Positions 36,646 to 45,920 of a DNA stretch of 51,639 nt are shown in pieces. The notes beneath the pieces were generated by a model that was not told where the DNA came from, did no database searches, and saw only the letters and a list, made by a program, of their open reading frames with translations. The stretch comes from a virus (lineage: Duplodnaviria; Caudoviricetes). Every line of letters starts with the position of its first letter. The stretch's first letter is position 1. Where the stretch lies: the IMG/VR virus record IMGVR_UViG_3300020120_000103, positions 1 through 51,639 of that record; one strand, written 5' to 3'. Both the position numbers and the translations under genes were made by a program.

Positions 36646-36990
36646 ATGCCCACGAAGAAGAGCACGGAGAAGGTCTTCACCAACGCCCTGAAGGGGAAGA
36701 CGTCCGCCCCGAAGGGACACGCCAAGCACGGACGCGTCGGCGGGGCCTTCCACATCCGCGGCCGGAACAAGGCGCGCGGGTCGTTCACGAACATCACGAC
36801 TGGGGCGCTCAGCACCAAGGAGCGCGGCTACATGACCAGCGGCCGGAGCCTGAACCTCTCGATGCAGGGCGACGTCGGCTACGGCATCAGCACCGGGGCC
36901 ACCCACCACTGGGTGCACCAGAACGGTGTCATGATCCTGCGCTCCAACAACTGGCAGATCACCTGCGCCGCAGGTCGAGGTGTCGAGTGA
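36646..36990 (+). CDS. basic hypothetical protein
   Basis: GAGG RBS. Confidence 0.55.
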   Translation: MPTKKSTEKVFTNALKGKTSAPKGHAKHGRVGGAFHIRGRNKARGSFTNITTGALSTKERGYMTSGRSLNLSMQGDVGYGISTGATHHWVHQNGVMILRSNNWQITCAAGRGVE

Positions 36991-37265
36991 AGCCCAATCT
37001 CGTGGACCCCACGCGCGACAATCTCATCCGATGTGGCGTGATCGTCCCGCACCCCGAGATCCACGACCAGTACGCCGACGGTGTGCAGGTGCCGTGGCTT
37101 CCTGACCGCGCGGTCCTCTGCCTCGACGCCCGGGGGAAGTTCTGGGCTGCGGAGGACGTCCTGGAGACGGTGCGGGTGGACTACAAGGGCGTCCCGCCGT
37201 CGATGGCCGCGACCCGGCTCGTCTACGAGGAGGCGTACGTGGAGCTGTGGGAGGTGTTCCGATGA
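36987..37265 (+). CDS. hypothetical protein
   Basis: GTGA coupling. Confidence 0.55.
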   Translation: MKPNLVDPTRDNLIRCGVIVPHPEIHDQYADGVQVPWLPDRAVLCLDARGKFWAAEDVLETVRVDYKGVPPSMAATRLVYEEAYVELWEVFR

Positions 37266-38050
37266 AGACCCACTACCTCAGGGACGTCTTCGATCCCGCC
37301 TCGCTCCCGGGCATCGTGCAGAAGATGATCGGCCTGTGCAGCGCCATCGCGGGCGAGCACCCCTTCGAGTGCCTCGCGTTCAGTGGCCACAGCGGGGCTG
37401 CAGTCGCGTGGCCCATGAGCCTCCTGACGGGCTGGCCACTCGTCTGCGTGCGCAAGGAGGGCGACGGATCCCACTACGCGGAGGGAGGGGGTGGCCTCGT
37501 CGAGGGGTACGACCATCCTGGCATGCGCTACCTCATCGTCGACGACCAGGTGAGCAGCGGCAGCACGGTGCGGCGCATGGTCCGGGAGATCAAGACGGTG
37601 CACCCGGACTCGGTGTGCGTCGGAGTCGTGCGCTACCACCAAGGTGACTTCCGCGTCGACATGCAGGACGTGCGGATCACGGAGTGGTCAGCGCAGGATC
37701 CGGTGTCGGCCCCGACGTGGCACATCGCCAGCGATGATCTGAAGCGTCAACCGACGCAGGACCGGCCCCCGAAGCGCACGCCGGTGAACCCATGGGAGCC
37801 ACCCGAGAACATGAAGCTCGGGCTGAGCGCGGGCATCGTGCCCAAGGGCGACAAGATCGAACCGCTCCCGCCCCTCGCGCCGCCGCAGCAAGTCATGGAC
37901 GCGTACATCGAGATGGAGAATGCCATCTTCGCCGCCTACAACAAGCCCTACCCCGTGCTCACTCCTCGTCCTCCTCGTCCTGATCTTCTGGAGAGCCTGG
38001 CAGCACAGGGAGAGCGATGCACCGACACTGAAAGTCCTCCCCCGGATTAA
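37262..38050 (+). CDS. type I phosphoribosyltransferase-domain protein
   Basis: GHSG, VRK, YLIVDDQVSSGSTV PRPP-binding loop; Pro-rich tail. Confidence 0.8.
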   Translation: MKTHYLRDVFDPASLPGIVQKMIGLCSAIAGEHPFECLAFSGHSGAAVAWPMSLLTGWPLVCVRKEGDGSHYAEGGGGLVEGYDHPGMRYLIVDDQVSSGSTVRRMVREIKTVHPDSVCVGVVRYHQGDFRVDMQDVRITEWSAQDPVSAPTWHIASDDLKRQPTQDRPPKRTPVNPWEPPENMKLGLSAGIVPKGDKIEPLPPLAPPQQVMDAYIEMENAIFAAYNKPYPVLTPRPPRPDLLESLAAQGERCTDTESPPPD

Positions 38051-38753
38051 GCCTCTCTCCGTCTCCGTTGACGTCCGGCGGATCATCCCAGCGGCACACG
38101 CGACCGTCCATCTCCTGATGCGACGGTCGCACCTTTTCGTCCTTGGAGGTGCTCCAGATGTACTTCTCGACACCCGCCGCGGTCTGCCGGCCCTCGTTCA
38201 GCGCCGCGTTGAGCTTCAGGGTCTGGTCCCGGGCGATCAGCTCTGCATGGCTCTCGGCCACGCCGGTACGCTCCTCGATCGCGTCGGCCAGGTCTTCGAC
38301 GCGCGTCCCGAACGCGTCCGGGTCGTCCAGGATGGCCTCGATGTCGGCCGCGTAGCTCATGGCCGCCTTCACCATGAGGTCGATGTTCGCCTGCCGCGCA
38401 GCTGCGATGGCCTCGGCGGTGCCCACGTCCGAAGGCTTCACGCCCATGAGGGTCGCGGCTGCCTCGCGGTTCTTCTTCAGGACCGTGCCGGCCATGAGAT
38501 CGAAGCTGTGGCCCACAGGTCGGTGCAGGTTCTCGATCGCGCGGTGGACCCGCGCCATGCCGGCGTGCCACCCGTCCGTGGGCACTCGCTTCGCCTTCGC
38601 ATCCTGGCGCCACGCCTCGGGCACCGGGTCCCCCAGCATGATCGCGTGCAGGACGCGGATGAGAGTCTTCAGCTGCCGGGTGTACTTCCTCTCGGCGACG
38701 TGCGTCGCCAGGACGAGGGGCATCGCCCGCGCGCGGGCTGCGTTGCGGTTCAT
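37959..38753 (-). CDS. head morphogenesis protein (SPP1 gp7/Mu gpF-like)
   Basis: LIARDQT.KLN, YIWSTSKDEKVRPSH, PGEDFQCRC. Confidence 0.9.
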   Translation of the reverse strand: MNRNAARARAMPLVLATHVAERKYTRQLKTLIRVLHAIMLGDPVPEAWRQDAKAKRVPTDGWHAGMARVHRAIENLHRPVGHSFDLMAGTVLKKNREAAATLMGVKPSDVGTAEAIAAARQANIDLMVKAAMSYAADIEAILDDPDAFGTRVEDLADAIEERTGVAESHAELIARDQTLKLNAALNEGRQTAAGVEKYIWSTSKDEKVRPSHQEMDGRVCRWDDPPDVNGDGERLNPGEDFQCRCIALPVLPGSPEDQDEEDEE

Positions 38754-40372
38754 CGCCCCGGCGGTGCCTCGGGCGGGTCATGGAGCTTCGCCATCACCTG
38801 CACCGGGTTCTTGCTCTGGCCGAACCTGCTGGCGCCAGCCCCGATTGGCGCCTGGCCCATGGCTCCCTGGTCCTGCCCCGGACCCGGCATCGGCGTGATC
38901 CCGGTCTGCTGCTCGCCCTGCTTGCCAGGGGCCTGCGCCTGCAGCTCCGGGGGCGGGTTGAGCATCGACTTGAACATCTTCGCGTCCTGCCCCTGCGCCG
39001 CCGCCTCGTCGCTGTCGATGACCGTCTCGGTGCTGTACTGGCCCTTGCCCCAGCGGCTCTGCTTCACCTCTTCCGGCGTGAGAGCGCCCATCGTGACGTA
39101 CGCGGTGTCCGCCTGCGAGGTCTTCAGCCGCACGTCGGCTTCCTCCGCCGCGGTGCTGGTCCAGAGCGGATGGAACTTGATCTTGAACTCCAGGCTCCGC
39201 CCGATGCTGTCCTGCGCGCACGCGAAGATGTGGTAGAGCTTCGCCAGCTTCGGTCCCAGTTCGTCGGTCTGCTCGGTCTCCAGGTCGTCGTAGAAGTTGC
39301 GGAAGTCATTGTCGCCCGTGGCGTTCATGCCCGCTGCGCTGCGGCCCAGGAGGATGCTCACCGGGATGTTCACCGCGGCCGACAGGCGCATCATGAAGCG
39401 GTCGAGGATGTCCGGGAGGCCTGTGAACGTAGTGGCCTGCCGCTCGAACTCCTCGTTCTCCGCGTCGAGCAGAACGGCGCGCGCCACCGACCGCGACATG
39501 TCCACGAGGGCCATGCGCGTCTGGAGCGTGTCCTTCTCACCCGATGCGATCATCGAGATGAGGTTCTGCATCTTGAAGACGGCCTGGCTGGCGTCCGTCA
39601 TCAGGTTCTGCACCGCCTGGAAGCCACTCTCGAAGGCGCGGAGCTGGTCGTAGGCGCGCTGCATCAGCGACCAGGACCACCCGGAGAGCTGCTGGCGTGT
39701 GAGCACGTCGGTGCGAGCGCCATCGAAGCGGATGCACCGGGACTCGTGCACGATGACCTGCGCGTTGCTCTGGTCCATGCCGCTCACCATGCCGGTGATG
39801 CGGTATGTCTCGGGCAGGCCGTAGTTGGGCTTGAGCTGGTCGCTGTAGTAGCTGGCCACCGTGGCGAAGCGCCGGTCGATCACGTTCAGATAGTTGACCG
39901 TGCGGATGTTCTCGTGCACCAGCGGCTTGTCCATGGGCTGGCCGTCCTGGGCGCCGATGATGAGGATGGCGCCACCGAAGAGGCCACCCCACACGCCCGC
40001 GTCGGTCACCAGCTCGTTGCAGCGGAGCTTCTGCGCGTACTTGCCGAGGTCGGCTAGCTCCTCCGCGTCGGGAACGTCTTCGCCATCCTTGGCGCTGCCG
40101 TCGACCTCGATCTCGTATCCCTTGCGCATCATGTAGCGCGGGCGCGTCTCGACGACCTTCGCAGCGATGTCGGAGCCGTTGTAGAGGGCCAGCAGCTCAC
40201 TGTCCTGCAGACGGTACGGCGCCCAGTACGACCCCTGCGTGACCTTGTCGCGCGAGGTGCCGAGCCCCGTGTAAGCGTTCTGCCACGCGTCCTGCCGGAT
40301 GACGTAGGGAACGCTGTGGCGCTTCAGGTTGCCCATGCCCTCGGCAATGCGGGCAGAGATGTCCTTCTTCAC
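38750..40372 (-). CDS. portal protein (DUF1073)
   Basis: DAWQN..TGLG..RDK, VHESR, IP.SILLGRS.AGMNATGDND.RNFYD. Confidence 0.9.
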   Translation of the reverse strand: MKKDISARIAEGMGNLKRHSVPYVIRQDAWQNAYTGLGTSRDKVTQGSYWAPYRLQDSELLALYNGSDIAAKVVETRPRYMMRKGYEIEVDGSAKDGEDVPDAEELADLGKYAQKLRCNELVTDAGVWGGLFGGAILIIGAQDGQPMDKPLVHENIRTVNYLNVIDRRFATVASYYSDQLKPNYGLPETYRITGMVSGMDQSNAQVIVHESRCIRFDGARTDVLTRQQLSGWSWSLMQRAYDQLRAFESGFQAVQNLMTDASQAVFKMQNLISMIASGEKDTLQTRMALVDMSRSVARAVLLDAENEEFERQATTFTGLPDILDRFMMRLSAAVNIPVSILLGRSAAGMNATGDNDFRNFYDDLETEQTDELGPKLAKLYHIFACAQDSIGRSLEFKIKFHPLWTSTAAEEADVRLKTSQADTAYVTMGALTPEEVKQSRWGKGQYSTETVIDSDEAAAQGQDAKMFKSMLNPPPELQAQAPGKQGEQQTGITPMPGPGQDQGAMGQAPIGAGASRFGQSKNPVQVMAKLHDPPEAPPGR

Positions 40373-40388
40373 GCCTTAGGATAGGGCT

Positions 40389-40607
40389 TCAACGCACCTT
40401 CGGCGTGTGGCCGGAGTAGCCGCCGAGCTGCGGAGGGTTCGCAGGGCCACCGCCGTAGTAGGGTGCACCCTCGTCCGGTCCCGCGTCGACCGACCAAACG
40501 ACGAATCCCGTGGCCACGGGACTTCCCATGCCCACGGGATCTTCGGTGCCGACCGTCCCGCCGCAGGCGCTGATGCACAGCACGAGCAACAGGGCGATTC
40601 GAGGCAT
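40389..40607 (-). CDS. small lipoprotein
   Basis: MPRIALLLVLCISAC lipobox; TGATG coupling. Confidence 0.6.
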   Translation of the reverse strand: MPRIALLLVLCISACGGTVGTEDPVGMGSPVATGFVVWSVDAGPDEGAPYYGGGPANPPQLGGYSGHTPKVR

Positions 40608-41038
40608 CAGTTCCCGCCGTCGACGCGCACCAGGTCCGCGCAGTGAAGGGTCCAGACGCGGTCCGTGGCCTCGCGATCGAAGCTGACATCCGGTGGCTTA
40701 CGGATCCAGCAGTGGGCCGCGGTGTAGAGCGAGGTGCCTTGGCGGTCGCGCACCAGCATCGGGCCGACCCCCGCGCCGTTGGGCGCCGAGACGTCCGCGA
40801 GGTTGATCACGCTGAGCTGCGCGTTGCCGTCCGAGGACTGCATGAGGTGGACCTTGACGTCGGCGTTCCGGTTGTTGGTCTTGGACCGGGTCGTTTCACC
40901 GTCCGTGCCAACCTTGTGCGCGAAGTCGTCCTCCTCCTGCTCGATCTCCAGGAAGACGCCATCGGCGAAGCCCGAGGAGATCGGGATGCCCATGAAGACC
41001 ATCGAGACCTGGTCAGCGTCGTAAATCTTCGTGCTCAT
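40607..41038 (-). CDS. tail tube protein (DUF3277-like)
   Basis: YDADQV, ISSGFADG, VGTDG, LMQSS.GN, WI.KPP. Confidence 0.85.
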   Translation of the reverse strand: MSTKIYDADQVSMVFMGIPISSGFADGVFLEIEQEEDDFAHKVGTDGETTRSKTNNRNADVKVHLMQSSDGNAQLSVINLADVSAPNGAGVGPMLVRDRQGTSLYTAAHCWIRKPPDVSFDREATDRVWTLHCADLVRVDGGN

Positions 41039-41049
41039 TCGTCATTTCC

Positions 41050-42405
41050 TCAGGCTTGGATCGAACCGTTGACGGTCAGGCTGTGGATGGCCCCTGCGAG
41101 CTTCCCGCTGAAACTGATGACCGGCCAGATGCGCGCGGCGCGGGTGGCCTGCGGCACGCTGGCGACGGTCGGGGCGCTGACCGTGGGCGCGGGGGTCTTC
41201 GCCAGGAAGTTGTGCTGGTTGTCGGCGAAGAGGTTCAGGTCACCCTGCACGACGTTCTTCAGGACGTCGACGCCCAGGTCCGTGTAGGGGATCTTCGGGG
41301 CGCCCGCGAGGGTGGCGAAGAGGTCGATCTGGATCTGCGCCGTCAGCGCGTCCGTGCCCCAGGTGATGTCGAAGAACTCGCCCGAGGCGCTCCAGCCGTT
41401 GATCGTGGTGTTGATGCTCGCGAGCGTCTGGTAGTAGTTGGCCTTCTTGCCGTTCAGGTTGATCTGCGCTGTCTCGCTCAGCACGTCGGCGGGCACGCTG
41501 GCCAGCGTCTTGTACATGAACGTGAGGCTGCCCGGAGTCATCGGCAGGGTCTTCGCGAGCCACGCGAGGCCGCTGTAGCAGAGGAGCTGCGAGTTGGCGT
41601 AGAGGCCGCCCGAGCGCGCGTGCGCGAGGGTCTTCTGCGTGCTGAAGATGTCCGAGGTGGACGTGGTGATGCACGCGGTGTCGCTGTTGTTGTAGATGAA
41701 GAGGTACGCGCCAGCGCTCTCTGCCCATCCGGCTGCGGCCGTGACTTCGGCGGCGCTGTTCGAATCGAGCGCGAGACCGTACCAGGAGCCGGGCAGCGCG
41801 CCCGCCTGGATGGCCGCGAGGTCCGTCGCGATGCCGGGGTCTGACGTCGTGTCCGCGACCGAGATGATCGGGGTCGTCGTGCCCGAGGGGTTCCAGCCCT
41901 GGATGTCGACGAGGTGGCCGCTGGCCGCGCTCTGGGCGATCTGCACGACCGCGCTCGGGGCGCCGGGGTTGGTCACCGTGCCGATGTTCGAGAAGCCCTG
42001 GAGCGTCGTCGTGAGCGTCGCCGCGTCAGTGTTGACCACGCCCGTGCTGGCGAACGACACCGAGTGGCTCACGCCGTCAAAGCCGACGATCGTGAACTTG
42101 TAAGTGTCCGTGTTCGACGTGGACGAGAGCGTGAGCTGCAGCGTCTGCGTGTTCGGGAGCGCGCGCCGGCCGACCGCCACGTTCTGGGGCGCGGGATTCT
42201 GCGCGAACGCAGCCGCGACCGCCATGTGGATCGGGTCCTTGGCCACGAAGCCATCGCCCTCCAGGGCTGCGAGGCTCGGGTAGAACCGGACGCGATCCGT
42301 GTACCGGGTGTGGTAGCCCGCGACCAGCGGCGTGCCGAAGCCGGGTCGCGTGGGCGACACCGTCGCAGAGCTGATCTGGACGTTGATGAGATCCTGGAGC
42401 GACAT
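41050..42405 (-). CDS. tail sheath protein (DUF3383-like)
   Basis: GFGTPL, FAQNPAP, KTLASV, KIPYTDLG, LAGAIH. Confidence 0.88.
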   Translation of the reverse strand: MSLQDLINVQISSATVSPTRPGFGTPLVAGYHTRYTDRVRFYPSLAALEGDGFVAKDPIHMAVAAAFAQNPAPQNVAVGRRALPNTQTLQLTLSSTSNTDTYKFTIVGFDGVSHSVSFASTGVVNTDAATLTTTLQGFSNIGTVTNPGAPSAVVQIAQSAASGHLVDIQGWNPSGTTTPIISVADTTSDPGIATDLAAIQAGALPGSWYGLALDSNSAAEVTAAAGWAESAGAYLFIYNNSDTACITTSTSDIFSTQKTLAHARSGGLYANSQLLCYSGLAWLAKTLPMTPGSLTFMYKTLASVPADVLSETAQINLNGKKANYYQTLASINTTINGWSASGEFFDITWGTDALTAQIQIDLFATLAGAPKIPYTDLGVDVLKNVVQGDLNLFADNQHNFLAKTPAPTVSAPTVASVPQATRAARIWPVISFSGKLAGAIHSLTVNGSIQA

Positions 42406-42413
42406 GCTTCAGT

Positions 42414-43079
42414 CTAGGCGCCCGCGGCGGGGTCCGTGTTGACTTGGGCCACCGGCGCGTCGGTCGTGCTTACGTTCGTCTCTCCGGTCCCGATCGCGGC
42501 GCTGATCGTGCGCCAGCAGGCGTCCATGGCCCCAGCGTACGCGTCCACGTTCTTCTGCTCGTTGGCGCTCAGCGGGAGGGTGCGGACGTTCTGGAACTGC
42601 CGATCGTCCATCACGAAGCCCTCGTAGTAGTGCTTGCGATACATCTCCGTAGCGCAGTCGGTGCTGTCGCAGGTCGCGTCCACGTGGAGCACGCCGCTGC
42701 TCAGGCGATCGAGGGTCTGGAGGAAGTACGCGATGCCCGCCACGCGGTCGTCACCGAAGTAGACGAACCACACCGGGTACGGCAGCGAGCCGCCCTTGAC
42801 CGGGTGCGTGTCGATGTGCAGCACCCCGCCGGGGTTGCCCGGGAAGGTGTCGCCTGCCTTGAGCGTGCCGGCCTTGATGCGCGCCAGTTCGTCGGCGTTG
42901 CAGGACCGGAGCTGCACCGCACCGAAGTTGCTGGTGTGTGGCCACGCTCGGCCGTTGTTGGTCTCGTGCTCCGCGCACGACATGGCGACCAGGAGGGCCG
43001 CCTTGCTCCAGGTCTTCCCGGTGCGCGCGGCGGCCGTGACGTAGTCGGCGTAGAGGCTGGCCCAGTACTGCGGGTCCAT
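42414..43079 (-). CDS. putative endolysin (GH73/lysozyme-like)
   Basis: AEHETNNG..SNFGAVQ..FVYF resembles the glucosaminidase E/NLFG/F motifs; next to membrane genes. Confidence 0.6.
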   Translation of the reverse strand: MDPQYWASLYADYVTAAARTGKTWSKAALLVAMSCAEHETNNGRAWPHTSNFGAVQLRSCNADELARIKAGTLKAGDTFPGNPGGVLHIDTHPVKGGSLPYPVWFVYFGDDRVAGIAYFLQTLDRLSSGVLHVDATCDSTDCATEMYRKHYYEGFVMDDRQFQNVRTLPLSANEQKNVDAYAGAMDACWRTISAAIGTGETNVSTTDAPVAQVNTDPAAGA

Positions 43080-43081
43080 GA

Positions 43082-43573
43082 TCAACCTCCGTCGCCCGCG
43101 TCCACGCTGTCCGCGCAGGGCGGGATGAAGCCGCTCGCGAACATCAGCGCGCTGTCGACGACGGGCGGGACCTGCACCCCCGCATCCTTGAAGACGTTCT
43201 CGAGATTCTTCAGCGAGCCGTAGACGCCGCTCAGCACGCACGCCCACGACCCGCCTGTCCCTCCTTGCCAGGCGCGGATCATGTCGTCAGCGGCCTTCAG
43301 TCCATCGCGGGCCGGGTTGAGGATGTTCTGGCACTTGGCCAGCAGGGCACCGTTGCCCTGCGCGTCGGCCACCGTGACGCACGCGTCGGCGGCAGCGTTC
43401 CAGGCGCTGTCCAGGATGTTGACCGCGACCTTGGCGTAGGCCTGATCGACGGCCTGTTGCTGAGCCACGGAGGGACTCTGCGCGGGCGCGAACAGGGAGC
43501 AGGCGACCACCGTCCCAGCGATGGCGAGGGCCGCCACGAGGCGCGCCCAGAGGCCCAGGAGCACGCGCTTCAC
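43082..43573 (-). CDS. lipoprotein (lysis-associated, spanin-like?)
   Basis: signal peptide with VVAC lipobox; helical body. Confidence 0.55.
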   Translation of the reverse strand: MKRVLLGLWARLVAALAIAGTVVACSLFAPAQSPSVAQQQAVDQAYAKVAVNILDSAWNAAADACVTVADAQGNGALLAKCQNILNPARDGLKAADDMIRAWQGGTGGSWACVLSGVYGSLKNLENVFKDAGVQVPPVVDSALMFASGFIPPCADSVDAGDGG

Positions 43574-43854
43574 GGCTTCACCGCCGGGGCGGGCGCAGGT
43601 GCGAGAGGAGCGTTCAGGCGCGCGGCAGCGTCGGCGGTCTGCTCGGCCGCGGACGGCAGCGAGGCAGTGGCACCGGCGGACCCGGAGGCCTGGCCGTGGG
43701 CGTTCGAGGCGAGGGCCGTGTTCACCGCGCCCAGCACACCGACACCCGCCAGGGCAATCGAAGCGTACTGCGGGGCGAACTGCGCGACGGCCTGCGTGGC
43801 CATGGTCAGCACGCCGGTGATGACGAGGAGGATGTTGATGGTCTGAGGGCTCAT
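43570..43854 (-). CDS. putative holin
   Basis: MSPQTINILLVITG..; two hydrophobic segments; TATTCT box upstream. Confidence 0.55.
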   Translation of the reverse strand: MSPQTINILLVITGVLTMATQAVAQFAPQYASIALAGVGVLGAVNTALASNAHGQASGSAGATASLPSAAEQTADAAARLNAPLAPAPAPAVKP

Positions 43855-43868
43855 GCCCTTAGAATAGG

Positions 43869-44168
43869 TCAGTTCGAGACCAGCTCCAGATTCACCACGA
43901 TGGCCGTGCTGCCGTGCGAGGTGCTGCCGATGGCCGTGAACTTCCCGATGAGCACCGTGCCCGCCACGACCGTGTAGGTCACGAACGCCGTGTCTCCGGT
44001 GCGCTTGACCGCCACCGTGCCCGCGGCGTTGCAGTAGATCCTGTTGCAGATCCCGCAGGAGAAGATCGTCGAGATGTCGATGTCCGTCCCGCCGATGGTC
44101 TGCTGGTTCGTGACCGTGGGCCACTGCCCGATCGGATCGTCCTTGGCATTCTGCGTCGTCGCGCTCAT
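43869..44168 (-). CDS. head spike base protein-like (RcGTA Rcc01079-like)
   Basis: RIYCNAAGTVAV..VTYTVVAGTVL..T.IV pattern. Confidence 0.55.
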   Translation of the reverse strand: MSATTQNAKDDPIGQWPTVTNQQTIGGTDIDISTIFSCGICNRIYCNAAGTVAVKRTGDTAFVTYTVVAGTVLIGKFTAIGSTSHGSTAIVVNLELVSN

Positions 44169-44341
44169 CGCTTACCTCGCTCCATCCATCGCTTCGCAAG
44201 TCCGTGCACCAGGCCGGTGATCAGGGCCACCGCCACGCCCGTGACGACCTTGGTGACGAGGTCGACGACGGTGTCCGGGATGGCCGCAGTGAGCACGCCC
44301 ATCGAGGACCCCAGAAGCACAGACGTCTCATGCTGGTGCAT
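44165..44341 (-). CDS. small membrane protein
   Basis: two hydrophobic segments and a basic tail; TATCCT box upstream. Confidence 0.55.
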   Translation of the reverse strand: MHQHETSVLLGSSMGVLTAAIPDTVVDLVTKVVTGVAVALITGLVHGLAKRWMERGKR

Positions 44342-44358
44342 GCTCATAGGATAGTTCC

Positions 44359-44667
44359 TCACTGGATGAGGGCCTCGGGGTACACGACCCCGGCCGCGAT
44401 GGTCTGCGGGGCGCCGGAGAGGTTGAGCATGGTGCACCGGACGGTGCCGGCCGCCTTCACCTGTGCCGTGAGCGTGACTCCGTCGGGCAGCAGCGCGCTC
44501 CACGCGGCCCAGGCCGGGTAGCCGGTCAGCGCGCCGGGCACGCTCACGTCGAGCGACACGAAGGCGCCGCTGGCGATGGCCCCGGGCGTCCACGACGTCG
44601 GGACTCCGTGCACAGCGCCGGGCGGACCGGGCGGGCCTTGGACTTGGGTCGTGCGTCGCAGGGTCAT
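44359..44667 (-). CDS. short collagen-motif virion protein
   Basis: GPPGPPG followed by a beta-rich domain. Confidence 0.6.
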   Translation of the reverse strand: MTLRRTTQVQGPPGPPGAVHGVPTSWTPGAIASGAFVSLDVSVPGALTGYPAWAAWSALLPDGVTLTAQVKAAGTVRCTMLNLSGAPQTIAAGVVYPEALIQ

Positions 44668-44990
44668 TGCGCCAGTACCTTTCCGTAGCCGAGCTGCTGG
44701 ATCGATCCGTCGCTGGCAGTCCAGCGCACGACGTAGTCCGCGAGCGCGGCCGACACGTTCAGGCCGAGGGTCGCGAGCTGCGCGGGCGAGAGGTGCACGT
44801 CGAACGACGAGGTATTACTGAACCCGTCGTCCAGCACCGTGATGGTCATCGCGAACGGAGTGCCACCGACGATGAACGACGCGGTCGTGCCGGTGGCGTC
44901 CCACGGCTCCAGGGAGAAGCCCCAGACCAGGTCGCAGCCCACCGCCACGGTGAGATCTTCGTAGATATTTGGATCGTCGGCCAAGTCCAC
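44664..44990 (-). CDS. hypothetical structural protein
   Basis: beta-rich ORF ending GYGKVL, reminiscent of fibre adaptor domains. Confidence 0.5.
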   Translation of the reverse strand: MDLADDPNIYEDLTVAVGCDLVWGFSLEPWDATGTTASFIVGGTPFAMTITVLDDGFSNTSSFDVHLSPAQLATLGLNVSAALADYVVRWTASDGSIQQLGYGKVLAQ

Positions 44991-44991
44991 G

Positions 44992-45357
44992 TTATTGCTC
45001 CAGATAGTCCGCTGCCGCCCTGAGCAGCAGGGGGTCCTCTCGAAGTTGGCCCTTGCCCACGTTGCAGGCCCGGCACAGCAGTCCGGTGATGCGACCCGTG
45101 GCGTGATCGTGATCGACGCAGGTGTCGTTGCCCGGCACCATCGGCTGCGTGCAGATCCCGCAGAGGCCTGCCTGGCGCTCGATCATGGCGTCGACCTGTT
45201 CGATGGTGAGACCATACTTCCGGCGCAGCTCCGCTGCCTTCGATCGCGTGAGGCACAGGTGCCTGTTCACGTCGTAGTACCGGCGTGCGCACGCTCGTCC
45301 CGCTTCGGAACGGCTGTACTTCAGACCAGCCCGCCTAGCGCCAGTTGACTTGGCCAC
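44992..45357 (-). CDS. endonuclease VII-domain protein
   Basis: LRRKYGLT, CGIC, VDHDHATG.ITGLLCRACN.GKG. Confidence 0.88.
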   Translation of the reverse strand: MAKSTGARRAGLKYSRSEAGRACARRYYDVNRHLCLTRSKAAELRRKYGLTIEQVDAMIERQAGLCGICTQPMVPGNDTCVDHDHATGRITGLLCRACNVGKGQLREDPLLLRAAADYLEQ

Positions 45358-45365
45358 ACCCTAGT

Positions 45366-45911
45366 CTAGGGCGTCACACCCTCGTCATCGAGCTTGGCCA
45401 CCGTCTCGATCCAGTTGCCGTCGTTGTCGCCCGGATCCGTCGCCACCTGCCACGCGATGCGCACGTCCATGGTGCTCACCGTGGTGGTGCGATTGTCGGC
45501 GGGCGCGGGCAGATCGCGCGTGCTCTCGAAGTCGACGAACGCGATGCCCAACTCGGTGTACTGGTCCTTCGCGGTGATGCTGCGCAGCCCGCGGCGGATC
45601 TGGTCGATCACGTCGAAGGCCGGGACCTGCAGGCTGAGGCTCGTGACCTTGATCTGCACCGTGTAGATGCGGTAGCTGATCTGTGTGGCGCCGTTCACCT
45701 GGTTGACTGGGTCGTATGTAAGACGGTCCTCGTCCCAGCCCTTGGTTGTGGTGGCGATCGTCGACAGTTCGATCCAGTAGCCCGCCTTGGCGTTGCGCAC
45801 GCCCAGCAGGGGCAGCGGCTCCGTGTCCCAGACCACCGGCGCATCGGTCAGCTCGATGATGAGGTTCTTCACGTCGACGCGCGGGAACTGGACGAGGGGT
45901 GCAGCGGGCAC
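45366..45911 (-). CDS. neck/tail terminator protein
   Basis: position after neck genes; GWDE, ELGIAF. Confidence 0.6.
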   Translation of the reverse strand: MPAAPLVQFPRVDVKNLIIELTDAPVVWDTEPLPLLGVRNAKAGYWIELSTIATTTKGWDEDRLTYDPVNQVNGATQISYRIYTVQIKVTSLSLQVPAFDVIDQIRRGLRSITAKDQYTELGIAFVDFESTRDLPAPADNRTTTVSTMDVRIAWQVATDPGDNDGNWIETVAKLDDEGVTP

Positions 45912-45920
45912 CCTTCAAGG

